Below are positions 47,387 through 60,473 of a DNA stretch of 64,000 bases, one piece after another. The stretch is from contig NC_043002.1 in the NCBI RefSeq assembly GCF_006345805.1, positions 65,844,001-65,908,000 on the forward strand. The letters run 5' to 3'. The stretch is from Octopus sinensis. Lineage: Eukaryota. How positions within the stretch are numbered: the first letter of the stretch is position 1; each line of letters opens with the position of its first letter. The notes under the pieces were generated by a model. The model made no database searches and was not told the DNA's origin. It worked only from the letters and a program-made list of their open reading frames with translations. The translations under genes were made by a program, and so were the position numbers.

Positions 47387-50300
47387 GCAACTATGAATAG
47401 CATGAAACAGAGACTTAATTATCATAGATATACTTTTAGAAATAAAAATAGGATGTACTCTACGGGGTTAAGTGCGTATATTTGGGAACTCAAAAGTAAG
47501 AACATAGATTTTAAATTAAATTGGAAAATACTAACTTCTGCACCTGTATATAATAGTAAAAATAAAAAATGCTCTCTATGTATTAATGAAATTTTTTTCA
47601 TCATCAAAGCTGGTTTGCCTATTATTAATAATATTAATGAGCGGAATTTTTTTTGCATTCATAAACTCCCGTACACTTTCTCTAGATTTAAATAGAACTT
47701 AGCTTTTCTACTAGTAATATTTTAACTTTCCTCTACATCTGATTGTACTAGTGGTCTTTACAATTTGAAACATGCAACTTATAAATTATAATCTTGTAGC
47801 TACACATATATATAAATAATATGTTCTGTATTGACTGTTTTTTTGTTTTGTTGTTTTTTGTCCTGGCTTATAAGGGAAATACTGGGACATGAATTGGTAT
47901 ATACACTGAAATATGATATTCATGGGGATTTCCAAAATTGTTGAGTGTGTATGAGTATCATAGTTCGGGAAGCTGTTTTTTAGATACTGTAATACTAATA
48001 TGTAATAAATGCGAGTCTATATTGAATGTACATTGTTTTTGTTTTGGATGAGTATATGGGTTTTTGCAGGTAGTTATTTGGCAGTCTTATATATTGTATA
48101 TTTAGTGTATCTTTGTACTCATCTTAATTTGTATCTTATGTTATTTATTAATAAATCTATTCATTTACTTATTTTGGCTTTATACATATTAGCAGTCTTA
48201 TATATTTAGCTTATATTTGTACTCATCTTGATTTGTACTTTATGTTATTTATCTATTTATTTATTCATTTATCTATATGTAAATATTTACATAATAAGCA
48301 GCCTGTATACTAGTTTATCTATGTACTCATTTCAGTATATTTTTTATTTTATTTGTGTTATTTATCTATTTATCTATTCATTTATGTTATGTGGATATAT
48401 ACATATTAGCAGTATCATATATTAGGTTTACCTTTGTATTTATCTTAATTTGTATTCTATGGTATTTATCTATTTATTTATTCATTTATTTATTTATATG
48501 TAGATATATACATACATATCCATTAGTTATTATAATTATATATATGTATACAAGCTTTTACTTATATTTTCATTTTAATTTTAATTATTTCATCTTATTT
48601 TATTTTTTTTACATTTTAATTTTAAGTAATAACAATTATTAACTTATAATAAATTTAATTTACAATTATTTACTTATATACTATTTATTGGTAAGTCCTG
48701 TTAATTACTTTATATGTTTTTAACGTTCCACTGATATTATTTAAGGCTAAATCCTGTTAATTATTTATATTGTATTTATGTGTCCACTGATACTTAAAAA
48801 TATATATATATAAGTACTACGAATGTTTACACGCACATCATATGTGAAAATATATGGTGTGTATGTATATGCTTGTTGTTTAACATGAGTATACATATGG
48901 ATATGTAGATGTGAGTGTAATTCTATTAGTTTGTTGGTGAGGGTTTAAATAGGAAAATAATAGTATTGTAATAATACTAGACTTCTTACGTAGGGATATT
49001 ATCTGTATAAGCTATAAGGAGTTATTTTGATTATATATCTTAGAATATTAGCGTATTTTGACTTTTTACAATTAATTTCTTATAATTTAATTATTATAAA
49101 CCTCTGTTAACTTAGTAAATATATATTTTTATGTCTTTTGATGGACAAACATAAACGGGGATTCTATATTTTATAATCTAGTGAATGTTTGAATAAAACC
49201 TAGCGGTAAAGTTGCGGACATTTTTAGTTCTAAAATATTATGTTTACGAAAAATACGGTGTCACATGAATTATGTACCTTATGACAAATTACCTCTCCAT
49301 CTGGATATAATTATATGTATGTTTGCATTTACGGATTTATGGACATATGTGAGTGGATCAGTTTGTAAATACTTAGTTAATAACCACCGCCATGGTGCAT
49401 CCGTCGGGGCGTGGTGGATGTCTGCATGCATGATGTGCAATCGGTTGAGTTCCTCTGTTTTGCATGTGTATATTTGCGATAGTACCTCTCCCTATATTAT
49501 TTATTTATTTATGATTTGGTTGTGTGTGTGGGTATGTCTGTGTGTATGTGTGGGGTGTGCGTGTGTGTGTATACATATAACTATTAGTATGTTGTGCGCA
49601 CGATTGTGGATGTGCGTATACATATAACTAAGTATGTATGTGCACACGATTTGTGGTTGCGTGCGCGTGGTGTATGTTTCCTAGCTAACTAACCGTAAAA
49701 TTTCTATTGTAATTCAAATTTAAAAGTATAGGCCAATCGAATCCATCTATGAAAATCAATACCATGCGGGCAGAGAATTCGACTGATTGCGTATATATGC
49801 GGATGTCCGCTTGCATTGGATGGTACCGTCGTGGTGATATTAATTTTATTGACTTTTGTGTGAAATGACACTTTTAATATATTGGACTGTTTAATATATG
49901 CCTGCTTTGAGTGTGAGTGTACCTGTTGTGTTTTCTTGATGTTGGTTAGTAACTGTGGAGTTCAATATGGAACATTGTTGTTTGTTGGTGTAAATTGATC
50001 TATATTGTTTATATTGTATTATTGTGTATATATATATATGTAAGAATATGAGTGTGTATGCACACATTTATATTTATATGTAAATTTTTTAGGATTTGTA
50101 CTCATACTTGCATTAAATTCTCTGAAGAGGCCGTGGGATATTCTTGTTAATGTCTCATTTATACCTGCTTATATGGCTAATAGGTTAAATAGGACATACC
50201 TGTCTTCACGGCCGAAACAGCTGTCAGCTACAATCTAAATGTATTTCAATTTCGATTCTATGTCTTGTCATATTTTGTACTATATTAATGTATAATATCA

Positions 50301-50393
50301 TTGCTATTGTGTAATGGTTTATAAAGTATTTATTGGGTATTATCTGATAGTTGATGATTGATTTAGATATATTTCTCCATTTTTCTCATTTTG
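47387..50393 (+). mobile_element. 5'-truncated PLE (Hydra-clade-like endonuclease C-terminus, long 3' region with HHR), copy 1
   Basis: ORF 47393-47695 KQRLNYH..STGLSAYIWELK..CSLCINE..CIH is a PLE GIY-YIG C-terminal half; terminus matches the solo stub at 15443. Confidence 0.7.
50109..50243 (+). ncRNA. Type I hammerhead ribozyme, canonical core, 71-nt stem II insert (copy 1)
   Basis: CTGAAGA 50122-50128; GGCCGTG/CACGGCC; GAAAC-AGCT-GTC with cleavage predicted after 50225. Confidence 0.8.
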
Positions 50394-50682
50394 TATATAC
50401 ATATATATATATTTATATATACTCATACAGATGTACTCATATATATATATATATATATATACATGCATACACACATAACACATACTATATGTTATCCACC
50501 CACGCATACAATTCATGTATATATGATATATACACACATATACATATACACCACATATACATATATACACACATATAACATTCACATACATACGTATGCA
50601 TACACATAGACATACTTATACATATATTACTATATATACATACAAATATACATACATTCATTCACATGCATAAACATATATA

Positions 50683-51061
50683 CACTTGCGGTCAGAAATT
50701 AATTAGCACTTCTCAAATTTCTACATTAATAGGTTAAATCAATTAACCTACAAGCTGTTCAAAACGTCTTACGCGATGAGAAAACTTATATGGTGTGATT
50801 TCGGTCCTTGCGAGGCGCTACCTATATCTATTAAACAAAGGAAGATTTGTCTGCAATCCGCACTCCAAGTTGTTGTTGCACTGCTATGTCCAACATCATA
50901 AGGCTGTAGACTCTCAAACTGCTCTGCAAACAAGTTACGTCATCGTTCTGCGCAACAGTGAACTCGCAACAAAGCAATAGTTCGAGATATGGCCACTAGG
51001 TGACAGCACATACCTTGAGTGAAGAGCAAATCAAGGGTGCTAATTAATTCTGACGGTAGTG
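50683..51061. mobile_element. Tc1-like MITE inside tandem unit 1
   Basis: ta-cacttgcggtcagaaattaattagcac ... gtgctaattaattctgacggtagtg-ta. Confidence 0.75.
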
Positions 51062-51291
51062 TACACCTACACATATACATGGTTAAAGAGGTGCCTACAC
51101 TCATACAAATATAGGTATTCATATACAAGTACGCAGGTATAAGTACAAGTTCATATATACTTATGCGTGTATATAGGCAGATATACCCATACTCATATTC
51201 TGGTAGAGGAGAGGTATAGCCTACATAGACCACACATACATGTGTGTATATATAATACATATACATATATATATTTATTAATATATATATA

Positions 51292-51345
<54 letters not shown>

Positions 51346-51346
51346 G

Positions 51347-51378
<32 letters not shown>

Positions 51379-51853
51379 TGTATGTATATATGTATGTAGT
51401 ATGTATGTATGTATGTGTGTATGTATGTGTGTAGGTATGTATACACATATACATACATGCATGTAGATATACACCCTTACACACGCGTGTACAATCCTAC
51501 ATACACATCTTTATATACATACACATACACACACATATCTAGACGTATACGAACTCGTTAGATACTTATATACAGTGGGATGGTGGGCATATATGCACGT
51601 ATACATATGCATACATATGTATATATATTTTAAAATATATGATTTCTAACTTACATAACTGGACATTCAGGTACATATTATTTTATAACATATACATACC
51701 TATACCCACATATGTACAGGCATATACATCTACATACTTACATACATACATAGATATATGCATACTCCATATACACTTACGTGCATGCATATATATAGAC
51801 ACTTATATACATGCATACATACTTACATAAGACACATTCACATATATGCATGA

Positions 51854-54800
51854 GCAACTATGAATAGCATGAAACAGAGACTTAATTATCATAGATATAC
51901 TTTTAGAAATAAAAATAGGATGTACTCTACGGGGTTAAGTGCGTATATTTGGGAACTCAAAAGTAAGAACATAGATTTTAAATTAAATTGGAAAATACTA
52001 ACTTCTGCACCTGTATATAATAGTAAAAATAAAAAATGCTCTCTATGTATTAATGAAATTTTTTTCATCATCAAAGCTGGTTTGCCTATTATTAATAATA
52101 TTAATGAGCGGAATTTTTTTTGCATTCATAAACTCCCGTACACTTTCTCTAGATTTAAATAGAACTTAGCTTTTCTACTAGTAATATTTTAACTTTCCTC
52201 TACATCTGATTGTACTAGTGGTCTTTACAATTTGAAACATGCAACTTATAAATTTATAATCTTGTAGCTACACATATATATAAATATATATGTTCTGTAT
52301 TGACTGTTTTTTGTTTTTTGTTTTTTGTCCTGGCTTATAAGGGAAATACACTGGGACATGAATTGGTATATACACTGAAATATGATATTCATGGGGATTT
52401 CCAAAATTGTTGAGTGTGTATGAGTATCATAGTTCGGGAAGCTGGTTTTAGATACTGTAATACTAATATGTAATAAATGCGAGTCTATATTGAATGTACA
52501 TTGTTTGTTTTGGATGAGTATATGGGTTTTTGCAGGTAGTTATTTGGCAGTCTTATATATTGTATATTTAGTGTATCTTTGTACTCATCTTAATTTGTAT
52601 CTTATGTTATTTATTAATAAATCTATTCATTTACTTATATTTGGCTTTATACATATTAGCAGTCTTATATATTTAGCTTATATTTGTACTCATCTTGATT
52701 TGTACTTTATGTTATTTATCTATTTATTTATTCATTTATCTATATGTAAATATTTACATAATAGCAGCCTGTATACTAAGTTTATCTATGTACTCATTTC
52801 AATGTATATTTTTTATTTTATTTTGTTATTTATCTATTTATCTATTCATTTATGTATATGTGGATATATACATATTAGCAGTATCATATATTAGGTTTAC
52901 CTTTGTATTTATCTTAATTTGTATTCTATGGTATTTATCTATTTATTTATTCATTTATTTATTTATATGTAGATATATACATACATATCCATTATTTATT
53001 ATAATATATATATATATGTATACAAGCTTTTACTTATATTTTCATTTTAATTTTAATTATTTCATCTTATTTTATTTTATTACATTTTAATTTTAAGTAA
53101 TAACAATTATTAACTTATAATAAATTTAATTTACAATTATTTACTTATATACTATTTATTGGTAAGTCCTGTTAATTACTTTATATGTATTTATACGTCC
53201 ACTGATATTATTTAATGCTAAATCCTGTTAATTATTATATATGTATTTATGTGTCCACTGATACTTAAAAATATATATATATAAGTACTACGAATGTTTA
53301 CACGCACATCATATGTGAAAATATATGGTGTGTATGTATATGCTTGTTGTTACACATGAGTATACATATGGATATGTAGATGTGAGTGTAATTCTATTAG
53401 TTTGTTGGTGAGGGTTTAAATAGGAAAATAATAGTATTGTAATAATACTAGACTTCTTACGTAGGGATATTATCTGTATAAGCTATAAGGAGTTATTTTG
53501 ATTATATATCTTAGAATATTAGCGTATTTTGACTTTTTACAATTAATTTCTTATAATTTAATTATTATAAACCTCTGTTAACTTAGTAAATATATATTTT
53601 TATGTCTTTTGATGGACAAACATAAACGGGGATTCTATATTTTATAATCTAGTGAATGTTTGAATAAAACATAGCGGTAAAGTTGCGGACATTTTTAGTT
53701 CTAAAATATTATGTTTACGAAAAATACGGTGTCACATGAATTATGTACCTTATGACAAATTACACTCTCCATCTGGATATAATTATATGTATGTTTGCAT
53801 TTACGGATTTATGGACATATGTGAGTGGATCAGTTTGTAAATACTTAGTTAATACCACCGCCATGGTGCAGTCCGGGGCGTGTGGATGTCTGCATGCATG
53901 TATGTGCAATCGGTTGAGTTCCTCTGTTTTGCATGTGTATAGTTGCGATAGTACCTCTTATATTATTTATTTATTTATGATTTGGTTGTGTGTGTGGGTA
54001 TGTCTGTGTGTATGTGTGTGGGTGTGCGTGTGTGTGTATACATATAACTATGTATGTATGTGCGCACGATTTGTGGATGTGCGTATACATATAACTAAGT
54101 ATGTATGTGCACACGATTTGTGGATGTGCGTGCGCGTGTGTATGTTTCCTAGCTAACTAACCGTAAAATTTCTATTGTAATTCAAATTTAAAAGTATAGG
54201 CCAATCGAATCCATCTATGAAAATCAATACCATGCGGGCAGAGGAATTCGACTGATTGCGTATATATGCGGATGTCCGCTTGCATTGGATGGTACCGTCG
54301 TGGTGATATTAATTTTATTGACTTTTTGTGAAATGACACATTTTAATATATTGGACTGTTTAATATATATGCCTGCTTTGAGTGTGAGTGTACCTGTTGT
54401 GGTTTCTTGATGTTGGTTATGTAACTGTGGAGTTCAATATGGAACATTATTGTGTTTGTTGGTGTAAATTGATCTATATTGTTTATATTGTATTATTGTG
54501 TATATATATATATGTAAGAATATGAGTGTGTATGCACACATTTATATTTATATGTAAATTTTTTAGGATTTGTACTCATACTTGCATTAAATTCTCTGAA
54601 GAGGCCGTGGGATATTCTTGTTAATGTCTCATTTATACCTGCTTTATATGGCTAATAGGTTAAATAGGACATACCTGTCTTCACGGCCGAAACAGCTGTC
54701 AGCTACAATCTAAATGTATTTCAATTTCGATTTCTATGTCTTGTTATATTTGTACTATATTAATGTATAATATCATTGCTATTGTGTAATGGTTTAATAA

Positions 54801-54868
54801 AGTATTTATTGGGTATTATCTGATAGTTGATGATTGATTTAGATATATTTCTCCATTTTCTCATTTTG
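51854..54868 (+). mobile_element. 5'-truncated PLE, copy 2
   Basis: Duplicate of 47387-50393. Confidence 0.7.
54583..54718 (+). ncRNA. Type I hammerhead ribozyme (copy 2)
   Basis: CTGAAGA 54596-54602; same stems; cleavage predicted after 54700. Confidence 0.8.
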
Positions 54869-55163
54869 TATATACATATATATATATTTATATATACTCA
54901 TACAGATGTACTCATATATATATATATATATATATACATGCATACACACATAAACACATACATATATGTTATACCCACGCATACAAATTCATGTATATAT
55001 GTATATATACACACATATACATATATACACACATATACATATATACACACATATATACATTCACATACATACGTATGCATACACATAGACATACTTATAC
55101 ATATATATACGTATATATACATACAAATATACATACATTCATTCACATGCATAAACATATATA

Positions 55164-55540
55164 CACTTGCGTCAGAAATTAATTAGCACTTCTCAAATTT
55201 CTACATTAAATAGGTTAAATCAATTAACCTACAAGCTGTTCAAAACGTCTTACGCGATGAGAAAACTTAGTATGGTGTGATTTCGGTCCTTGCGAGGCGC
55301 TACCTATATCTATTAAACAAAGGAAGATTTGTCTGCATCCGCACTCCAAGTTGTGGTTGCACTGCTATGTCAACATCATAAGGCTGTAGACTCTCAAACT
55401 GCTCTGAAACAAAGTTACGTCATCGTTCTGCGCAACAGTGAACTCGCAACAAAGCAATAGTTCGAGATATGGCCACTAGGTGACAGCACATACCTTGAGT
55501 GAAGAGCAAATCAAGGGTGCTAATTAATTTGACGGTAGTG
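55164..55540. mobile_element. Tc1-like MITE inside tandem unit 2
   Basis: Duplicate of 50683-51061, TA on both sides. Confidence 0.75.
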
Positions 55541-55760
55541 TACACCTACACATATACATGGTTAAATAGAGGTGCACACTCATTACAATATAGGTATCAT
55601 ATACAAGTACGCAGGTATAAGTACAAGTCATATATACTTATGCGTGTGTATATAGGCAGATATACCCATACTCCATATTCTGGTAGAGGAGAGGTATAGC
55701 CTACATAGACACACACATACATGTGTGTATATATATACATATACATATATATATTTATAT

Positions 55761-55837
<77 letters not shown>

Positions 55838-56057
55838 CATATCACCTTATTTGTTTCGCTGTACTTGCTATTTTTCTATTAAAAACTCATACATTTCAAG
55901 TACTTAATTTTATGTTTCGCTTCAAATTGATGAAGAAAAGAAAATTCTGAAGCAGAACTGTCTATAGATATAGCGAGCATAAATACTGAAATTAAATTAA
56001 ATAATTGACTTATTAAAAACAGATACACAAAAAGAAATATGTCGGTTTGTATAATTA

Positions 56058-57277
56058 CACTGGGCAATAATTTTTTTCTTTTTTTTTGTCTGATGCTTGG
56101 AATATTTCAATGAATTCTTAAGTGATTTTGCCTACTAAATTTTAAAATAGCTTCAGTTTTTCTGTAACAGGTTTAGTTTTCTGACGAAACCTGTCAGAGT
56201 AAGTATTTTATTCATACACGATGCATATGATATGAATCAATAAAGAGAGCGTAACACAAAACAAAACAAATTACAAATAAAAATTCAAAATTGAAAATGC
56301 ACATTGGTAAAACTTTTTGGCTGAAAATTTAAGGAATTAATTTACGTTTCTTTGTGCACCGTGAATGTTGAGCAACAGGAGTATCTAGTTTTAAACACCA
56401 GCAATAGTCTGCCATCATCACAGCGTCCCAACGTCCTTGATACCGAGTTTCCATCTCCTTGATGTCCTGATAGAATTGTTCGTCTTGTTCATCGCTAACA
56501 TCTCTGAGATTTTCAGGAAAACGATCAAGATGACTAAAAAGATAATGCATCTTGATGCTCATATTCGCACCAATATCACGAAAAGTTGATATCAAGCTGG
56601 TAACAAGGTCTTTATAGTTTTCACTTTTGTGTTTCCCAAGGAAATTTTGCACTACTTCTGCAAAGGCTAGCAAAGCAGATTCTTCGTTTTCGCTCATCGT
56701 TTTCACGAAATTTGTGTCCTTCAAGAGCTCATGGATCTGTGGTCCATCAAAAATCCTTGCTTTAAGTTTTTCAATCGACAAGTCTGGAAATACACTGCAG
56801 ATATACTTTAAGCGCTCCCCATTTTTGTCAATATCTTTGACGAATTGCTTGATCAATCTGGGTTTGATGTGCAAAAAGGAGTAAATGATTTTATTTCGCT
56901 CAACTAAATGTTCTTCCAATATATTGGCAGCTCTACATGGAACCATATTTGTTCGAGGCGGCCAGTCTTTCTTAACATGGTGGTTTACTCGGTCTCTACT
57001 ATCCCACATGCAAAAAAAAGCATGGGTATTAGGTATAACCAGATTGCTGACCCATGAGAAAATTCACTATCTTTAAGTGAATGCAGATGACTCATTTATG
57101 GTCACGATACAGTATCTTCTCTAAAACCAATTGAATTTCTTCATATTTTTCCTTCAGAGTTATTGAGTGGCTGAATGGGACAGGGCCGTACACATTCCAG
57201 TTGTGCAACAATGCACATTTGAAACTACGCTTAGAGCTCTCTATGAAAAGACGCCATTCCTCTAGTTTGTATTCCTC
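56058..57277 (-). mobile_element. Chapaev3-like (CMC) DNA transposon, 3' half
   Basis: Terminus tta|CACTGGGCAA; transposase fragments WRLFIESSKRSFKCALLHN, PCFFCMWDSR, FDGPQI, KMHYLFSHL, DEQDEQFYQDIK; family name is from recall. Confidence 0.65.
56329..57277 (-). pseudogene. Transposase C-terminal region
   Basis: ORF 56329-57009 plus the upstream part of ORF 57092-57418, separated by stops. Confidence 0.8.
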
Positions 57278-57280
57278 AAT

Positions 57281-57297
57281 GTAGTAGTAGTAGTAGT

Positions 57298-57359
<62 letters not shown>

Positions 57360-57360
57360 T
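57281..57360. repeat. (TAG)n microsatellite
   Basis: Direct reading. Confidence 0.95.
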
Positions 57361-57420
57361 GGTGTTGCCTTGGCGGAGGTTTGCGCTCTCTGAGTGCTCT
57401 TAATATTATTAATACCATTA

Positions 57421-58735
57421 CTAAGGCCGTGAGCTGGCAGAATCGTTAGCGTGCTGAACGAAATGCTTAGCGGTGTTTCGCCTGTCGAAGGCGTCAAGCT
57501 GGCAGAATCGTTAGCATGCCGGGCGAAATGCATAGCGGTATTAGTTCAAATTCCGCCGAGGTCGACTTTGCCTTTCATCTTTTCGGGGTCTATTAAATAA
57601 GTACTAGTTACGCACTGGGGTCGATATAATCTACTTAATCCGTTTGTCTGTCCTTGTTTGTCCTCTCCGTATTTAGCCCATTGTGGGTAGTAAAGAAATA
57701 GGTATTTCGCCTGTCGCTACGTTCTGAGTTCAAATTCTGCCGAGAGCTACTTTGCCTTTCATCCTCTCGAATCTCGATAAATTAAGTACCAGTGAAACAC
57801 TGGGTTCGATGTAGGCGACTCATCTTCTCCCCATAAAAGATGGCTGCAGTTGTGGAAAAATTTGAAACCATTATTACTACTATTACTACCATTGTTGTTG
57901 TTGTTGTGTTGTCGTCGTCGTCGTCGTTGTTGTTGTTGTTGTTGTTGATGATGATGATGATAGGGTGGTAGGCTGGCAGAATCGTTAGCGCGCTGGGCAA
58001 AATTTCATAGCAGCGTTTCGTATTCCTTTGCGTTCTGAGTTCAAATTCTACCGAGGCCGACTTTGCCTTTCATCTATTTTGAGTTTGATAAAATAAGTAC
58101 CAGTTGAGCACTGGGGCTGATGTAATCAACTGGCTGCCTCCCACGAAATTGTTGGCCTTATTCTAACTTTTGAAATCATTATTATAGGTGATGTTGTTGT
58201 TGTTTTCATAAAGCTATTTTGTGCTAGTTTAGTCAGCAAGGATGTCGAATTACGAGAATCTTTCTTAGGGTTTCTGCTGCATACCGCATGGCTTTTCAGC
58301 AGGTCGACAGTGTGCGTCTCAGTCCCAGTGTCCTGGCGGCGAGCTGGCAGAAACGTTAGCACGCTGGGCGAAATGCTTAGCGGTGTTTCGTCTGCCGCTA
58401 CGTTCTGAGTTCAAATTCCGCCGAGGTCGACTTTGCCTTTCATCCTTTCGGGGTCGATTAAATAAGTACCAGTTACGCATTGGGGTCGATATAATCGACT
58501 TAATCCATTTGTCTGTCCTTGTTTGTCCTCTCAGTGTTTAGCCCCTTGCGGGTAGTAAAGAAATAGATATTTCGTCTGTCTATGTGTTCTAAGTTCAAAT
58601 TCCGCCGAGGTCGACTTTGCCTTTCATCCTTCCGGGGGATCGATAAATTATGTACCAGTTGCGTACTGGGGTCGATCTAATCGACTAGGCCCTCCCCCCA
58701 AAATTTCGGGCCTTGTGCCTAGAGTAGAAAAGAAT
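57421..58735 (+). mobile_element. Cluster of SINE family B copies (57421-57860, 57968-58170, full dimer 58335-58735)
   Basis: Repeated heads gagctggcagaa(t/a)cgttagc and core arms. Confidence 0.9.
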
Positions 58736-58930
58736 TCCAATGTCCTACAGTCACTTAGGTAACCGTTTGTGTGTAGCGCCACAAATGCACCAATTGCCTC
58801 AGGAACAATTGTCACCGTCGTCTTACACAATTCTGGCTTAGATTTGTTATCTCTCATTTTCTCAGTTTCTTTGCTATCCACTGACTCTATTATCATATGG
58901 CATTGCAAAATCTCTGATATTATTATGTCA
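58735..58930 (-). mobile_element. R4/Dong-type RLE fragment, degraded
   Basis: DSKETEK..KTTVTIVPEAIGAF resembles the RLE C-terminal K..KY.DL..L..IVIGALG region. Confidence 0.45.
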
Positions 58931-59311
58931 ATTGATGATGAAGTTGATGAAGATGATGACAAGGAAATCGAAAACATGTGGCATCTCATCTCAAAACTGT
59001 TACAATACCAGTCATTGTTGGAGCACAAGGAAGGACCGGAAAATGGGACTGAAAAATAATATCAGAATGATCTCTGGTTTAGATTGTTTTAACTGATACA
59101 TCGCACGTATTGAGAAAAGTATTGTCTGTCTGAGAACGATAACCTTCCGTGTAAATTATTTCTCTTTTCTACATAGCTTAATTTTATTTTGTAAATGAAC
59201 AATCTGGTGTGTTTATTTTAATAGCCTATCTATGTATACGACGAGTTTCTTTGCCCTAGGTGTCGGGAAAACTCTCGCCACGAAATAGAAACAAAATTGA
59301 AAGAAAAACTC

Positions 59312-59348
<37 letters not shown>

Positions 59349-59542
59349 GGAGGAGGAAGGAGAGGAGGAGGAGGAGGATTTTCATCACCAACTACAGCAA
59401 CAAATTCTCCCCCAACGCCGCCGCCACCACCACCACTAACACAATTTTCAGCCACCAGGGCTGGAATTTCTTACAATAACAAACTCAGCCTTTTACATGG
59501 CCATATGTTCATTGACTTAAGTATTTTTGTTTCGTTGTGCAG

Positions 59543-59667
59543 GTGGTCTGTGGGTGTGCTCTATGGGAAGGCTTTGACGATGGGAAGTGCTATACCACAG
59601 TCCCAGAACACTCAGATATATCTACAACACTCCAGGACACACTACCTCAACAGGTTCTTTTACAAAG
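59543..59667 (+). CDS. Candidate tyrosine-kinase subdomain IX-X exon with several indels
   Basis: Strong acceptor tatttttgtttcgttgtgcag| then G TGG TCT GTG GGT GTG (phase-2 intron in the V of DVWS, as in RET/FGFR genes); cta tgg gaa (LWE) one base out of frame; ALTMG, NTQIY, HYLNR; donor aaag|gtgtgt. Confidence 0.5.
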
Positions 59668-59687
59668 GTGTGTGGTGGGGTGTATAA

Positions 59688-60045
59688 AATATTCGTAGCC
59701 ACTTCAACGTAGCTGTCCGTTCGAAAGGACTTTGCTGCGCTTTCTTTAACCCCAAGAGGTTAATGATGCAGAGCTGCATCCGATAAATTACGAGCTAGGG
59801 AGTGAACCCCTATTACGTTCTAGCGACGGTACCAGCAGACCAGCTCTGGTTTCGGGCTATTTCTACCACTCTTCAGTACTGGACACCTCGTTTGCTAGAG
59901 ATGGCAGTAGCTCGCTTCTGCTCGTAATATCTATATATTTCAAGCGAACACACTGTCGCTGATTTTGCAACAAGCATAAATGCTAGTTCTGAAATCTCAC
60001 TGCTCGCAGTTTATCGGACGCAATACAACTACTGAGTTGAGTTGA

Positions 60046-60080
<35 letters not shown>

Positions 60081-60473
60081 CAAATATAAAATAAAATATA
60101 AAATATAAATTACAAAGTGGGACAAGAACGCAAAAACACACAAAAAGACGACACAAAAAAACAGACGGGTCACTCGAAGCCTCTAATCTTCAGTCGGAAC
60201 CGGATCATCTTAGCAATTTCGATTGCAAGCAGGAGCGAGAAACTGCCATCTCTAACAGACGAGGTATTGAAGAATGGCAGAAATAGCCCGAAGCCAGGAC
60301 TGGTCTGCTAGTCCCGTCGCTAGAAGTTGGTTGGGGTTCGCTCCCCTGCTCGCAATTTATTGGATGCATCTTGGCATCGTTAAACAGCTAGAGGAGATGC
60401 CCTCTTGGGGTTAAAGAAATCGCAGTAGAGTCCGTTCGAATAGACAACCATGTTGAAGTGGCCACGAATATTA
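59688..60473. mobile_element. Fold-back PLE-like element with ~240 bp inverted arms, each carrying an HHR
   Basis: 59688-59928 versus reverse complement of 60218-60473. Confidence 0.8.
59832..59882 (-). ncRNA. Type I hammerhead ribozyme, canonical core
   Basis: ccagta-CTGAAGA-gtggta gaaa tagccc-GAAAC-cag ag ctg-GTC-tgctgg; sister copy 60263-60310 (+) has TTGAAGA and GAAG mutations. Confidence 0.75.

Larger units (their letters stand above)
46810..55790. repeat. ~4.47-kb tandem duplication (2 copies)
   Basis: ORF pairs 47393/51860 and 47171/51639 are identical; HHR sites 4475 nt apart; all three junctions lie in (TA)n. Confidence 0.95.
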
